Source: Escherichia coli O127:H6 str. E2348/69 (GTDB lineage Bacteria; Pseudomonadota; Gammaproteobacteria; Enterobacterales; Enterobacteriaceae). From it: a stretch of DNA of 64,000 nucleotides. Position numbers and translations under genes: made by a program. Positions 17,362 to 28,677 of the stretch are shown here, one piece after another (within the stretch, counting starts at the first letter, position 1; each line of letters starts with the position of its first letter). The notes under the pieces are model-generated. The model ran no database searches. It saw only the letters and a program-made list of their open reading frames with translations, and was not told the DNA's origin. Location of the stretch: the NCBI RefSeq assembly GCF_000026545.1, contig NC_011601.1; one strand, given 5' to 3'.

Positions 17362-19470
17362 TTGTATCTGTTTGAAAGCCTGAATCAACTGATTCAAACC
17401 TACCTGCCGGAAGACCAAATCAAGCGTCTGCGGCAGGCGTATCTCGTTGCACGTGATGCTCACGAGGGGCAAACACGTTCAAGCGGTGAACCCTATATCA
17501 CGCACCCGGTGGCGGTTGCCTGCATTCTGGCCGAGATGAAACTCGACTATGAAACGCTTATGGCGGCGCTGCTGCATGACGTGATTGAAGATACTCCCGC
17601 CACCTACCAGGACATGGAACAGCTTTTTGGTAAAAGCGTCGCCGAGCTGGTAGAGGGGGTGTCGAAACTTGATAAACTCAAGTTCCGCGATAAGAAAGAG
17701 GCGCAGGCCGAAAACTTTCGCAAGATGATTATGGCGATGGTGCAGGATATCCGCGTCATCCTCATCAAACTTGCCGACCGTACCCACAACATGCGCACGC
17801 TGGGCTCACTTCGCCCGGACAAACGTCGCCGCATCGCACGTGAAACTCTCGAAATTTACAGCCCGCTGGCGCACCGTTTAGGTATCCACCACATTAAAAC
17901 CGAACTCGAAGAGCTGGGTTTTGAGGCGCTGTATCCCAACCGTTATCGCGTAATCAAAGAAGTGGTGAAAGCCGCGCGCGGCAACCGTAAAGAGATGATC
18001 CAGAAGATTCTTTCTGAAATCGAAGGGCGTTTGCAGGAAGCGGGAATACCGTGCCGCGTCAGTGGTCGCGAAAAGCATCTTTATTCGATTTACTGCAAAA
18101 TGGTGCTCAAAGAGCAGCGTTTTCACTCAATCATGGACATCTACGCTTTCCGCGTGATCGTCAATGATTCTGACACCTGTTATCGCGTGCTGGGCCAGAT
18201 GCACAGCCTGTACAAGCCGCGTCCGGGCCGCGTGAAAGACTATATCGCCATTCCAAAAGCGAACGGCTATCAGTCTTTGCACACCTCGATGATTGGCCCG
18301 CACGGCGTGCCGGTTGAGGTCCAGATCCGTACCGAAGATATGGATCAGATGGCGGAGATGGGTGTTGCCGCGCACTGGGCTTATAAAGAGCACGGCGAAA
18401 CCAGCACTACCGCGCAAATACGCGCCCAGCGCTGGATGCAAAGCCTGCTGGAGCTGCAACAGAGTGCCGGTAGCTCGTTTGAATTTATCGAGAGCGTTAA
18501 ATCCGATCTCTTCCCGGATGAGATTTACGTTTTCACACCAGAAGGGCGCATTGTCGAACTGCCTGCCGGTGCAACGCCCGTCGACTTCGCTTATGCGGTG
18601 CATACCGATATCGGTCATGCCTGCGTGGGCGCACGCGTCGACCGCCAGCCTTACCCGCTGTCGCAGCCGCTTACCAGCGGTCAAACCGTTGAAATTATTA
18701 CCGCACCGGGCGCTCGCCCGAATGCCGCGTGGCTGAACTTTGTCGTTAGCTCGAAAGCGCGCGCCAAAATTCGTCAATTGCTGAAAAACCTCAAGCGTGA
18801 TGATTCTGTAAGCCTGGGCCGTCGTCTGCTCAACCATGCGTTGGGTGGCAGCCGCAAGCTCAATGAAATCCCGCAGGAAAATATTCAGCGCGAGCTGGAC
18901 CGCATGAAGCTGGCAACGCTTGACGATCTGCTGGCTGAAATCGGCCTTGGTAACGCAATGAGCGTGGTGGTCGCGAAAAATCTGCAACATGGGGACGCCT
19001 CCATTCCACCGGCAACCCAAAGTCACGGACATCTGCCCATTAAAGGTGCCGATGGCGTGCTGATCACCTTTGCGAAATGCTGCCGCCCTATTCCTGGCGA
19101 CCCGATTATCGCCCACGTCAGCCCCGGTAAAGGTCTGGTGATCCACCATGAATCCTGCCGTAACATCCGTGGCTACCAGAAAGAGCCAGAGAAGTTTATG
19201 GCTGTGGAATGGGATAAAGAGACGGCGCAGGAGTTCATCACCGAAATCAAGGTGGAGATGTTCAATCATCAGGGTGCGCTGGCAAACCTGACGGCGGCAA
19301 TTAACACCACGACCTCGAATATTCAAAGTTTGAATACGGAAGAGAAAGATGGTCGCGTCTACAGCGCCTTTATTCGTCTGACCGCTCGTGACCGTGTGCA
19401 TCTGGCGAATATCATGCGCAAAATCCGCGTGATGCCAGACGTGATTAAAGTCACCCGAAACCGAAATTAA
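17362..19470 (+). CDS. spoT: Bifunctional (p)ppGpp synthetase II / pyrophosphohydrolase, 702 aa
   Basis: (M)YLFESLNQLIQTYLPEDQIKRLRQAYLVARDAHEGQTRSSGEPYITHP... has a TTG start at 17362, as known for spoT. Confidence 0.95.
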   Translation: MYLFESLNQLIQTYLPEDQIKRLRQAYLVARDAHEGQTRSSGEPYITHPVAVACILAEMKLDYETLMAALLHDVIEDTPATYQDMEQLFGKSVAELVEGVSKLDKLKFRDKKEAQAENFRKMIMAMVQDIRVILIKLADRTHNMRTLGSLRPDKRRRIARETLEIYSPLAHRLGIHHIKTELEELGFEALYPNRYRVIKEVVKAARGNRKEMIQKILSEIEGRLQEAGIPCRVSGREKHLYSIYCKMVLKEQRFHSIMDIYAFRVIVNDSDTCYRVLGQMHSLYKPRPGRVKDYIAIPKANGYQSLHTSMIGPHGVPVEVQIRTEDMDQMAEMGVAAHWAYKEHGETSTTAQIRAQRWMQSLLELQQSAGSSFEFIESVKSDLFPDEIYVFTPEGRIVELPAGATPVDFAYAVHTDIGHACVGARVDRQPYPLSQPLTSGQTVEIITAPGARPNAAWLNFVVSSKARAKIRQLLKNLKRDDSVSLGRRLLNHALGGSRKLNEIPQENIQRELDRMKLATLDDLLAEIGLGNAMSVVVAKNLQHGDASIPPATQSHGHLPIKGADGVLITFAKCCRPIPGDPIIAHVSPGKGLVIHHESCRNIRGYQKEPEKFMAVEWDKETAQEFITEIKVEMFNHQGALANLTAAINTTTSNIQSLNTEEKDGRVYSAFIRLTARDRVHLANIMRKIRVMPDVIKVTRNRN

Positions 19471-19476
19471 TGTTTT

Positions 19477-20166
19477 ATGAACCCAACACGTTATGCACGC
19501 ATCTGCGAAATGCTCGCCAGGCGGCAGCCTGATCTGACCGTCTGCATGGAGCAGGTCCACAAACCTCATAACGTTTCTGCGATTATTCGTACCGCAGATG
19601 CCGTTGGCGTACATGAAGTTCATGCTGTCTGGCCTGGCAGCCGGATGCGCACCATGGCTTCGGCAGCTGCGGGTAGTAACAGCTGGGTACAGGTGAAAAC
19701 GCACCGCACCATTGGCGATGCCGTCGCTCATCTGAAAGGCCAGGGCATGCAGATTCTGACAACCCATCTTTCTGATAACGCTGTTGATTTCCGCGAAATT
19801 GATTACACTCGCCCGACCTGTATTTTGATGGGACAGGAGAAAACGGGCATCACGCAGGAAGCGTTGGCCCTGGCGGATCAGGATATCATCATTCCGATGA
19901 TCGGCATGGTGCAGTCGCTGAATGTTTCCGTTGCCTCAGCCCTCATTCTTTACGAAGCCCAGCGCCAGCGGCAAAATGCGGGCATGTACCTGCGTGAAAA
20001 CAGCATGTTGCCGGAAACCGAGCAACAACGCCTGCTGTTTGAAGGTGGCTATCCGGTGCTGGCGAAAGTCGCAAAACGCAAAGGTCTGCCCTACCCCCAC
20101 GTTAATCAGCAAGGCGAGATTGAAGCCGATGCTGACTGGTGGTCCACCATGCAGGCCGCAGGGTAA
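19477..20166 (+). CDS. trmH: tRNA (Gm18) 2'-O-methyltransferase, 229 aa
   Basis: MNPTRYARICEMLARRQPDLTVCMEQVHKPHNVSAIIRTADAVG... is SpoU family and in the K-12 position. Confidence 0.95.
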   Translation: MNPTRYARICEMLARRQPDLTVCMEQVHKPHNVSAIIRTADAVGVHEVHAVWPGSRMRTMASAAAGSNSWVQVKTHRTIGDAVAHLKGQGMQILTTHLSDNAVDFREIDYTRPTCILMGQEKTGITQEALALADQDIIIPMIGMVQSLNVSVASALILYEAQRQRQNAGMYLRENSMLPETEQQRLLFEGGYPVLAKVAKRKGLPYPHVNQQGEIEADADWWSTMQAAG

Positions 20167-20171
20167 GCGCG

Positions 20172-22253
20172 ATGAAAGGTCGCCTGTTAGATGCTGTCCC
20201 GCTCAGTTCCCTAACGGGCGTTGGCGCAGCGCTTAGTAACAAGCTGGCGAAAATCAACCTGCATACCGTACAGGATTTGCTCTTACACCTTCCTCTGCGC
20301 TACGAAGATCGCACACATCTCTACCCCATCGGTGAACTACTGCCGGGTGTTTATGCCACGGTGGAAGGCGAAGTGCTGAACTGCAATATCTCCTTCGGCA
20401 GTCGGCGGATGATGACCTGCCAGATCAGCGACGGTTCCGGCATTCTCACTATGCGCTTTTTCAACTTCAATGCGGCAATGAAAAATAGCCTGGCGACAGG
20501 CCGCCGCGTGCTGGCCTATGGCGAAGCAAAGCGCGGCAAATATGGTGCGGAGATGATCCACCCGGAATACCGCGTACAGGGCGATCTCAGCACGCCAGAG
20601 TTACAGGAAACGCTCACACCGGTTTATCCAACTACGGAAGGCGTAAAGCAGGCTACGCTGCGTAAATTAACCGACCAGGCGCTGGATCTGCTCGACACAT
20701 GCGCCATTGAAGAACTCCTGCCGCCGGAACTGTCACAAGGAATGATGACGCTACCGGAAGCGTTGCGCACTTTGCACCGCCCGCCGCCGACGCTACAGCT
20801 TAGCGATCTCGAAACCGGGCAGCATCCGGCACAACGCCGTCTGATTCTGGAAGAACTACTGGCGCACAACCTCAGCATGTTGGCGTTACGTGCCGGTGCA
20901 CAACGTTTTCATGCTCAGCCGCTGAGCGCCAATGACGCGCTGAAAAATAAACTCCTCGCCGCCTTACCGTTCAAGCCAACGGGCGCACAGGCACGCGTAG
21001 TGGCGGAGATCGAGCGCGATATGGCGCTGGATGTGCCGATGATGCGCCTGGTGCAGGGCGATGTAGGTTCCGGTAAAACGCTGGTCGCCGCCCTCGCCGC
21101 GTTGCGTGCGGTTGCCCACGGCAAACAGGTGGCCCTGATGGCACCAACCGAATTACTCGCCGAGCAGCACGCCAATAACTTCCGTAACTGGTTTGCACCA
21201 CTCGGTATCGAAGTAGGCTGGCTCGCCGGAAAACAGAAAGGTAAAGCACGACTGGCTCAGCAAGAAGCCATCGCCAGCGGTCAGGTGCAGATGATTGTTG
21301 GTACGCACGCCATTTTCCAGGAACAGGTGCAGTTTAACGGCCTGGCGCTGGTGATTATCGACGAACAGCATCGTTTTGGCGTGCATCAGCGTCTGGCGTT
21401 ATGGGAGAAAGGTCAGCAGCAGGGCTTCCATCCGCATCAGTTGATCATGACCGCCACGCCCATCCCCCGCACGCTGGCGATGACTGCGTATGCCGATCTC
21501 GATACCTCGGTGATAGATGAGCTGCCACCAGGCCGCACGCCAGTGACTACGGTCGCTATTCCTGATACCCGCCGTATCGATATCATTGACCGCGTGCGCC
21601 ACGCCTGTATGACTGAAGGGCGTCAGGCGTACTGGGTTTGTACGTTGATTGAAGAGTCGGAATTACTGGAAGCGCAGGCGGCGGAAGCGACCTGGGAAGA
21701 GTTGAAACTGGCGCTACCAGAGTTGAATGTTGGCCTGGTACACGGACGGATGAAACCCGCAGAGAAACAGGCGGTGATGACATCGTTTAAACAAGGCGAG
21801 CTACACCTGCTGGTTGCCACTACTGTCATTGAAGTCGGTGTTGATGTACCCAATGCCAGTCTGATGATTATCGAAAACCCGGAGCGTCTGGGTCTGGCGC
21901 AGTTGCACCAGTTACGTGGCCGCGTGGGCCGTGGCGCGGTGGCTTCTCACTGCGTGCTGCTCTACAAAACGCCGCTCTCCAAAACCGCGCAAATCCGCCT
22001 GCAGGTACTACGCGACAGCAACGATGGTTTTGTGATTGCACAGAAAGATCTGGAAATTCGCGGCCCTGGCGAATTGTTAGGTACACGTCAGACGGGTAAT
22101 GCTGAATTTAAAGTGGCGGATTTACTGCGCGATCAGGCGATGATCCCGGAAGTTCAGCGCCTGGCGCGACATATTCACGAACGTTACCCACAACAGGCAA
22201 AAGCCCTGATAGAACGCTGGATGCCGGAAACGGAACGTTACTCGAATGCGTAA
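20172..22253 (+). CDS. recG: ATP-dependent DNA helicase RecG, 693 aa
   Basis: MKGRLLDAVPLSSLTGVGAALSNKLAKINLHTVQDLLLHLPLRYEDRT... has Walker A GDVGSGKT and a DEQH box. Confidence 0.95.
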   Translation: MKGRLLDAVPLSSLTGVGAALSNKLAKINLHTVQDLLLHLPLRYEDRTHLYPIGELLPGVYATVEGEVLNCNISFGSRRMMTCQISDGSGILTMRFFNFNAAMKNSLATGRRVLAYGEAKRGKYGAEMIHPEYRVQGDLSTPELQETLTPVYPTTEGVKQATLRKLTDQALDLLDTCAIEELLPPELSQGMMTLPEALRTLHRPPPTLQLSDLETGQHPAQRRLILEELLAHNLSMLALRAGAQRFHAQPLSANDALKNKLLAALPFKPTGAQARVVAEIERDMALDVPMMRLVQGDVGSGKTLVAALAALRAVAHGKQVALMAPTELLAEQHANNFRNWFAPLGIEVGWLAGKQKGKARLAQQEAIASGQVQMIVGTHAIFQEQVQFNGLALVIIDEQHRFGVHQRLALWEKGQQQGFHPHQLIMTATPIPRTLAMTAYADLDTSVIDELPPGRTPVTTVAIPDTRRIDIIDRVRHACMTEGRQAYWVCTLIEESELLEAQAAEATWEELKLALPELNVGLVHGRMKPAEKQAVMTSFKQGELHLLVATTVIEVGVDVPNASLMIIENPERLGLAQLHQLRGRVGRGAVASHCVLLYKTPLSKTAQIRLQVLRDSNDGFVIAQKDLEIRGPGELLGTRQTGNAEFKVADLLRDQAMIPEVQRLARHIHERYPQQAKALIERWMPETERYSNA

Positions 22254-22255
22254 AA

Positions 22256-22279
22256 AGCGGCGGTGAGAAGACCGCCGCT
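22256..22279. terminator. Bidirectional terminator between recG and gltS
   Basis: AGCGGCGGT-GAGAAG-ACCGCCGCT lies in the 33-nt gap between convergent stops. Confidence 0.7.
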
Positions 22280-22286
22280 TCATCGG

Positions 22287-23492
22287 TTAACCGGCAAAAA
22301 TCGGCAACATCAAATACAGCTTAATCACCAGCGCATTGACGATATCGATAAAGAACGCACCGACCATCGGCACGACCAGGAACGCCATGTGCGACGGGCC
22401 AAAGCGTTCAGTGATCGCCTGCATGTTGGCGATTGCTGTTGGCGTTGCACCGAGGCCAAAACCACAGTGACCCGCAGCCAGCACTGCCGCATCGTAGTTT
22501 TTGCCCATCATGCGCCAGGTAACGAAGATGGCATACAACGCCATGAAGATGGTCTGTACCACCAGAATCGCCAGCATCGGCAACGCCAGCGAAGCCAGCT
22601 CCCACAGTTTCAGCCCCATCAGCGCCATCGCCAGGAACAACGACAGGCTTACGTTACCCAGCACGGATACCGCACGCTCAAAGACGCGGTAAAAGCCCAT
22701 CATTGACAGACCGTTGCTCAGAATCACGCCAACAAATAGTACACAGACGAAGGTCGGTAGTTCAAAAGCAGTACCAGCCAAAAGTTGCGCAACAATTTTC
22801 CCCACCGTCAGGCAGATAGCAATCAGCGCGATAGTTTCAATCAGCACCAGCGAGGTGATCATGCGGCCCACATCCGGCTTTTCGAACGCCGTCGGAACTT
22901 CCTGGTCATCCGGAATACCGTTCGGTGTGGTGGAGTGTTTCACCAGATAGCGCGCCACCGGACCGCCAATCAAGCCGCCCAGCACCAAACCGAACGTTGC
23001 ACAGGCCATCGCCACTTCTGTCGCGTTGGTGAAACCATAACGTTCAATGAACAATTTACTCCATGCAGCACCCGTACCGTGACCGCCGGAAAGCGTAATA
23101 GAACCGGCCAGCAGCCCCATCAGCGGATCAAGCCCTAACAGGCTAGCCATACCAATGCCAATGGCATTTTGCATCACCAACAGGCCAACAACCACAATCA
23201 GGAAAACCCCCACCACACGCCCACCAGCTCGCAGACTGGCAAGGTTGGCGTTCAGGCCAATGGTGGCGAAGAAAGCCAGCATCAACGGATCGCGCAGGGA
23301 CATATCAAAGTTGACTTCCCAGCCCATGCTTTTTTTCAGTATCAGCAGCGCCAGCGCCACTAATAAACCACCCGCAACAGGTTCCGGTATGGTGTATTTT
23401 TTCAAAAAGGAGACGGAATGGACCAACTTGCGCCCGAGCAGCAACGTCAGCGTTGCGGCAACAAGCGTTGCTAAAGTATCGAGATGAAACAT
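22287..23492 (-). CDS. gltS: Sodium/glutamate symporter, 401 aa
   Basis: MFHLDTLATLVAATLTLLLGRKLVHSVSFLKKYTIPEPVAGG... is polytopic and in the K-12 position. Confidence 0.95.
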   Translation of the reverse strand: MFHLDTLATLVAATLTLLLGRKLVHSVSFLKKYTIPEPVAGGLLVALALLILKKSMGWEVNFDMSLRDPLMLAFFATIGLNANLASLRAGGRVVGVFLIVVVGLLVMQNAIGIGMASLLGLDPLMGLLAGSITLSGGHGTGAAWSKLFIERYGFTNATEVAMACATFGLVLGGLIGGPVARYLVKHSTTPNGIPDDQEVPTAFEKPDVGRMITSLVLIETIALIAICLTVGKIVAQLLAGTAFELPTFVCVLFVGVILSNGLSMMGFYRVFERAVSVLGNVSLSLFLAMALMGLKLWELASLALPMLAILVVQTIFMALYAIFVTWRMMGKNYDAAVLAAGHCGFGLGATPTAIANMQAITERFGPSHMAFLVVPMVGAFFIDIVNALVIKLYLMLPIFAG

Positions 23493-23771
23493 AGTTACTC
23501 CTTTGTGTCCGCATCACTCTTTCATACTCGTCATACTTCATCGCGCATTTGCAGTAAGGCGAAATATGACGAGTATCGAGTCATGCTTTCCTGGTTCGAA
23601 TTCTTAGCTGAAACTAGAAAAATGGCATGGATTTTAAGCAGAAAACAACTAAAAGTTATATAAAAAAGTACATTTATCTCATTTAAATATTTAGATGAGG
23701 ATGTGGCAAACGTTTGCTTTTCTCTTTCGGTCAGCTAAAATGCCCGCTTTGCTACCACGGGATTGTTTTCG

Positions 23772-25163
23772 ATGTCTGTTTCCACCCTCGAGTCAGAAAA
23801 TGCGCAACCGGTTGCGCAGACTCAAAACAGCGAACTGATTTACCGTCTTGAAGATCGTCCGCCGCTTCCTCAAACCCTGTTTGCCGCCTGTCAGCATTTG
23901 CTGGCGATGTTCGTTGCGGTGATCACGCCAGCGCTATTAATCTGCCAGGCGCTGGGTTTACCGGCACAAGACACGCAACACATTATTAGTATGTCGCTGT
24001 TTGCCTCCGGTGTGGCATCGATTATTCAAATTAAGGCCTGGGGTCCGGTTGGCTCCGGGTTGTTGTCTATTCAGGGCACCAGCTTCAACTTTGTTGCTCC
24101 GCTGATTATGGGCGGCACAGCGCTGAAGACCGGTGGTGCTGATGTTCCTACCATGATGGCAGCTTTGTTCGGCACGTTGATGCTGGCAAGTTGTACCGAG
24201 ATGGTGATCTCCCGCGTTCTGCATCTGGCGCGCCGCATTATTACGCCGCTGGTTTCTGGCGTTGTGGTGATGATTATCGGCCTGTCGCTAATTCAGGTTG
24301 GGCTGACCTCCATTGGCGGCGGTTACGCAGCCATGAGCGATAACACCTTCGGCGCACCGAAAAATCTGCTGCTGGCAGGCGTGGTCTTAGCCTTAATTAT
24401 CCTGCTTAACCGTCAACGTAACCCTTACTTACGCGTGGCCTCACTGGTGATTGCGATGGCGGCCGGATATGCGCTGGCGTGGTTTATGGGCATGTTGCCA
24501 GAAAGCAACGAACCGATGACACAAGAACTGATTATGGTGCCAACGCCGCTCTATTATGGTCTTGGCATTGAATGGAGTCTGCTGCTGCCGCTGATGCTGG
24601 TCTTTATGATCACTTCGCTGGAAACCATTGGCGATATCACGGCGACCTCTGACGTTTCCGAACAGCCAGTTTCCGGTCCGCTGTACATGAAACGTCTGAA
24701 AGGCGGCGTGCTGGCAAACGGCCTGAACTCGTTTGTCTCGGCGGTATTTAATACCTTCCCGAACTCCTGCTTCGGACAGAACAACGGGGTGATCCAGTTA
24801 ACCGGTGTTGCCAGCCGCTATGTCGGTTTTGTCGTCGCGCTGATGTTGATCGTGCTGGGTCTGTTCCCGGCAGTGAGCGGTTTTGTACAACACATTCCAG
24901 AACCGGTTCTGGGCGGCGCAACGCTTGTAATGTTTGGCACCATCGCCGCCTCCGGTGTGCGTATCGTTTCTCGTGAGCCGCTGAACCGCCGGGCGATTCT
25001 GATTATCGCGCTGTCGCTGGCGGTCGGTCTGGGCGTGTCTCAGCAGCCGCTGATTTTGCAGTTTGCTCCTGAATGGCTGAAAAACCTGCTCTCCTCCGGG
25101 ATTGCCGCGGGCGGTATTACTGCCATCGTGCTGAATCTGATTTTCCCACCAGAAAAACAGTAA
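23772..25163 (+). CDS. xanP: Xanthine permease (NCS2 family), 463 aa
   Basis: [47 protein letters not shown]... corresponds to K-12 yicE/xanP. Confidence 0.9.
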
Positions 25164-25283
25164 TTCACTGGCGGCGGTAAGATAATTACCGCCGCAGTCT
25201 CACCTCTTTCACCATTCCCGCCTTGAGGATTGCGCGTAAATCGTGCATAACTCCCTTATGTGCATTTCACGGGATGGAAGACC

Positions 25284-26993
25284 ATGAAATTTATTGGGAA
25301 GCTGCTTCTCTACATTCTCATCGCTCTGTTAGTGGTGATCGCTGGCCTCTATTTTCTTCTGCAAACTCGCTGGGGAGCAGAACATATCAGCGCATGGGTT
25401 TCCGAGAATAGCGACTATCATCTGGCCTTCGGGGCGATGGATCACCGTTTTTCCGCGCCATCTCATATCGTGCTGGAGAACGTCACGTTTGGCCGTGATG
25501 GCCAGCCCGCGACCCTGGTGGCAAAAAGTGTCGACATTGCGCTAAGCAGTCGGCAACTGACCGAACCACGCCATGTCGATACCATCCTGCTGGAAAACGG
25601 GACGCTGAATCTCACCGACCAGACCGCGCCGCTACCGTTCAAAGCCGATCGTCTGCAACTGCGTGATATGGCGTTTAATAGCCCGAATAGCGAATGGAAA
25701 CTGAGCGCGCAGCGGGTAAATGGCGGCGTGGTTCCGTGGTCACCAGAAGCCGGTAAAGTGCTGGGTACGAAGGCACAGATTCAGTTTAGTGCCGGATCGC
25801 TTTCGCTCAATGATGTTCCTGCCACCAATGTACTGATTGAAGGCAGTATTGATAACGATCGCGTTACGCTGACTAACCTGGGTGCCGACATCGCCCGCGG
25901 GACATTAACCGGAAACGCGCAGCGTAACGCTGACGGCAGCTGGCAAGTGGAAAACCTGCGCATGGCGGATATCCGTCTACAAAGCGAAAAATCGCTAACC
26001 GACTTCTTTGCACCATTACGCTCTGTCCCGTCGTTGCAGATTGGTCGCCTGGAAGTCATCGACGCTCGTTTGCAAGGTCCGGACTGGGCGGTGGCCGACC
26101 TCGATCTCAGCTTGCGCAACATGACCTTCAGTAAAGATGACTGGCAGACACAGGAAGGTAAACTGTCGATGAACGCCAGCGAGTTTATTTATGGCTCGCT
26201 GCATTTATTTGATCCGATTATAAACGCGGAATTTTCCCCGCAGGGCGTAGCACTGCGCCAGTTCACCAGCCGCTGGGAAGGGGGTATGGTCAGAACGTCA
26301 GGAAACTGGCAACGCGACGGGAAAACGCTGATCCTCGATGATGCGGCAATTGCCGGACTGGAATATACCTTGCCCAAAAACTGGCAACAGTTGTGGATGG
26401 AAACGACACCCGGTTGGTTAAACAGCCTGCAACTGAAGAGATTTAGCGCCAGCCGCAATCTGATCATTGATATCGACCCTGACTTCCCGTGGCAGCTCAC
26501 CGCGCTCGATGGTTACGGTGCCAATCTGACGCTGGTTACCGATCATAAATGGGGCGTCTGGAGTGGCTCGGCGAATCTGAATGCCGCCGCCGCAACGTTT
26601 AATCGTGTTGATGTCCGTCGTCCGTCGCTGGCGCTAACTGCCAACAGCAGCACGGTGAATATCAGCGAACTGAGTGCATTTACTGAAAAAGGCATTCTGG
26701 AAGCCACCGCCAGTGTTTCACAAACGCCACAACGTCAGACCCATATCAGCCTGAATGGACGCGGTGTGCCGGTGAATATTTTGCAACATTGGGGATGGCC
26801 TGAATTACCGTTGACTGGCGACGGCAATATTCAGCTTACCGCCAGTGGCGATCTTCAGGTCAATGTCCCGCTGAAACCTACGGTTAGCGGGCAATTGCAT
26901 GCCGTGAATGCCGCAAAGCAGCAAGTGACTCAAACCATGAATGCGGGCGTAGTTTCCAGTGGTGAAGTTACGTCGACGGAGCCGGTGCAGTAA
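25284..26993 (+). CDS. yicH: AsmA-family protein YicH, 569 aa
   Basis: MKFIGKLLLYILIALLVVIAGLYFLLQTRWGAEHISAWV... has an N-terminal TM anchor and is in the K-12 position. Confidence 0.9.
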   Translation: MKFIGKLLLYILIALLVVIAGLYFLLQTRWGAEHISAWVSENSDYHLAFGAMDHRFSAPSHIVLENVTFGRDGQPATLVAKSVDIALSSRQLTEPRHVDTILLENGTLNLTDQTAPLPFKADRLQLRDMAFNSPNSEWKLSAQRVNGGVVPWSPEAGKVLGTKAQIQFSAGSLSLNDVPATNVLIEGSIDNDRVTLTNLGADIARGTLTGNAQRNADGSWQVENLRMADIRLQSEKSLTDFFAPLRSVPSLQIGRLEVIDARLQGPDWAVADLDLSLRNMTFSKDDWQTQEGKLSMNASEFIYGSLHLFDPIINAEFSPQGVALRQFTSRWEGGMVRTSGNWQRDGKTLILDDAAIAGLEYTLPKNWQQLWMETTPGWLNSLQLKRFSASRNLIIDIDPDFPWQLTALDGYGANLTLVTDHKWGVWSGSANLNAAAATFNRVDVRRPSLALTANSSTVNISELSAFTEKGILEATASVSQTPQRQTHISLNGRGVPVNILQHWGWPELPLTGDGNIQLTASGDLQVNVPLKPTVSGQLHAVNAAKQQVTQTMNAGVVSSGEVTSTEPVQ

Positions 26994-27036
26994 AAATAAG
27001 GACGCTAGCGGATATCAGCGCTAGCGTTCCCCGTTA

Positions 27037-27717
27037 TTAGCGCAAAATTCCATACTCACTGCACAATAACCATTTCACCGGTTCATCTTCTTCTATCGCC
27101 GGAAAACGTCCTCCCGGCTCAAGAAAATAATTATCGTGTTGGTCATCATTTACCATCGAGATTTCCCAGCCGAGAACAAACGCTTTTTCCGCCCAGAAGC
27201 GATGATACAGACGCGGCGGCAGGCAAATGCCCTGCCCCGGCTTTAGCACCAGCGTTTCACCAGGTTTCATGGTACGCCGCTGACCATCAACACTCACGGT
27301 AATGACTCGTTGATCATCACAGAGATTGGCTTCGTTGGCCCAGGCCAACTGCATGCATAAGTCTCCACCGCCCCGATTGAGGATATCTTCCATTTTGTGG
27401 GTGTGAAAATGCCAGGGAGTCTGCTGATCTTGTTGGATCTGCAACATTTTCTCAGCATACGGTTTTGGATATGCCGCCGACCCCAGCGCGCCGTTGCGCA
27501 TCGTTAGCAGTGTTAGTCCCGTTTGGTTGAAATCACCACGACCAAAATCGGTGATATCCCAACCGAGCTGTAAGTCGACCACTTCTTGCCAGTTATCCCG
27601 TTCCCGCTGCAGCCAGTCATCCACCGTAAAATAGGCGAACTCTGGCAAACAAACGCGGAAGGTCTGCGCAATGGCATGTGCTTTATCAATAACATAATTA
27701 ATTTGTGAACGTTTCAT
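27037..27717 (-). CDS. Cupin-superfamily sugar isomerase (D-lyxose/D-mannose isomerase-like), 226 aa
   Basis: MKRSQINYVIDKAHAIAQTFRVCLPEFAYF...LGWDITDFGRGDF...PWHFHTHKMEDI resembles the YdaE/Z5688-type D-lyxose isomerase. The start is taken at the internal Met. It is the last gene of the sugar operon. Confidence 0.7.
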   Translation of the reverse strand: MKRSQINYVIDKAHAIAQTFRVCLPEFAYFTVDDWLQRERDNWQEVVDLQLGWDITDFGRGDFNQTGLTLLTMRNGALGSAAYPKPYAEKMLQIQQDQQTPWHFHTHKMEDILNRGGGDLCMQLAWANEANLCDDQRVITVSVDGQRRTMKPGETLVLKPGQGICLPPRLYHRFWAEKAFVLGWEISMVNDDQHDNYFLEPGGRFPAIEEDEPVKWLLCSEYGILR

Positions 27718-28630
27718 TGGCTTCTCCGTTGCGCATAGCAAGCCAGGCAGCGCCACGCATTCCGCTACTGTCGCCGTGCTGTGCTTTTACAATGGGAGTG
27801 GTGAATTGATCGGTGAAAACCAGTGGAGCGACTTCTGCGTTCAGATCGGTGATAAGCAGTTCCACATTCGAAAGCCCGCCGCCGATCACAATCACGCCAG
27901 GGTCAACAACGTTAACGATGGTTGCCAGCGTGCGGGCAAGCTGTTGGCGAAAACGTGCCACCTGCTGCATGGCACAAGCATCACCACGTTGTGCCAGGGT
28001 GACAATCGCCGCAGGAGTGAGCAAGTTACCAGTCATCTGTTGATAGCGTTCACTAAAACCGCTGCCGGAAACAAACGACTCCACGCAGTTGTGTTTGCCG
28101 CAATAGCAACTGACTGATGGACCATCTTCCTGCTCCGTATAGCCTGGCAACGTGATATGACCGCATTCGGCAGCATTTCCCCAGGCCCCTATAAACGGTC
28201 GTTGCTTGATGGCAATGCCACCGCCGCAGCCCGTACCAAGCGTAATACCAAATACCACGTCATAATCTTGCCCGGCACCGTCGCAAGCTTCTGATAGCGC
28301 GAAACAGTTACCATCATTGGCTATCACCACCGGTTGCCCAAGCAATTGCTGCAAATCAGCCTGTAACGCATGACCGTTAATCACCTGAATATTCGCGTTT
28401 TTAATCAGGCCAGTGAGTGGCGAGATACTGCCGGGTAAGGCGATCCCTGTCAGCATCGGTCGTTGAACGTCCCGCCTAATCTGCTCGATAAGCGCCACAA
28501 CGCATGAGACAAATTGTTGATATGTCGACTTTTGCGTCGGGCAGCGGTAACGGCGAATCTCCCAGCCATGCGCATCCATGACAACGGCGGCGATTTTGGT
28601 CCCACCAATATCCAACCCCAGATAGTGCAT
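27698..28630 (-). CDS. ROK-family sugar kinase, 310 aa
   Basis: MHYLGLDIGGTKIAAVVMD has the ATP-binding DxGGT motif. A cysteine-rich ROK zinc motif CYCGKHNCVES is present. Confidence 0.8.
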   Translation of the reverse strand: MHYLGLDIGGTKIAAVVMDAHGWEIRRYRCPTQKSTYQQFVSCVVALIEQIRRDVQRPMLTGIALPGSISPLTGLIKNANIQVINGHALQADLQQLLGQPVVIANDGNCFALSEACDGAGQDYDVVFGITLGTGCGGGIAIKQRPFIGAWGNAAECGHITLPGYTEQEDGPSVSCYCGKHNCVESFVSGSGFSERYQQMTGNLLTPAAIVTLAQRGDACAMQQVARFRQQLARTLATIVNVVDPGVIVIGGGLSNVELLITDLNAEVAPLVFTDQFTTPIVKAQHGDSSGMRGAAWLAMRNGEANETFTN

Positions 28631-28677
28631 ATCTCGTTCCTTGTTGCGTAAAAGGCGGGTCACCCCGCCCTTCTGGC

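Noticed and set aside
18127-19767. 546-aa minus-strand ORF across spoT/trmH
   Set aside because: It is an antisense shadow of highly conserved genes in a GC-rich stretch. The translation is Arg/His/Ala-rich with no recognisable domain.
22263-23487. Several plus-strand ORFs (147, 117, 110 aa and others) opposite gltS
   Set aside because: They are shadow ORFs of the gltS membrane-protein gene, and their highly basic, repetitive translations are not credible proteins.
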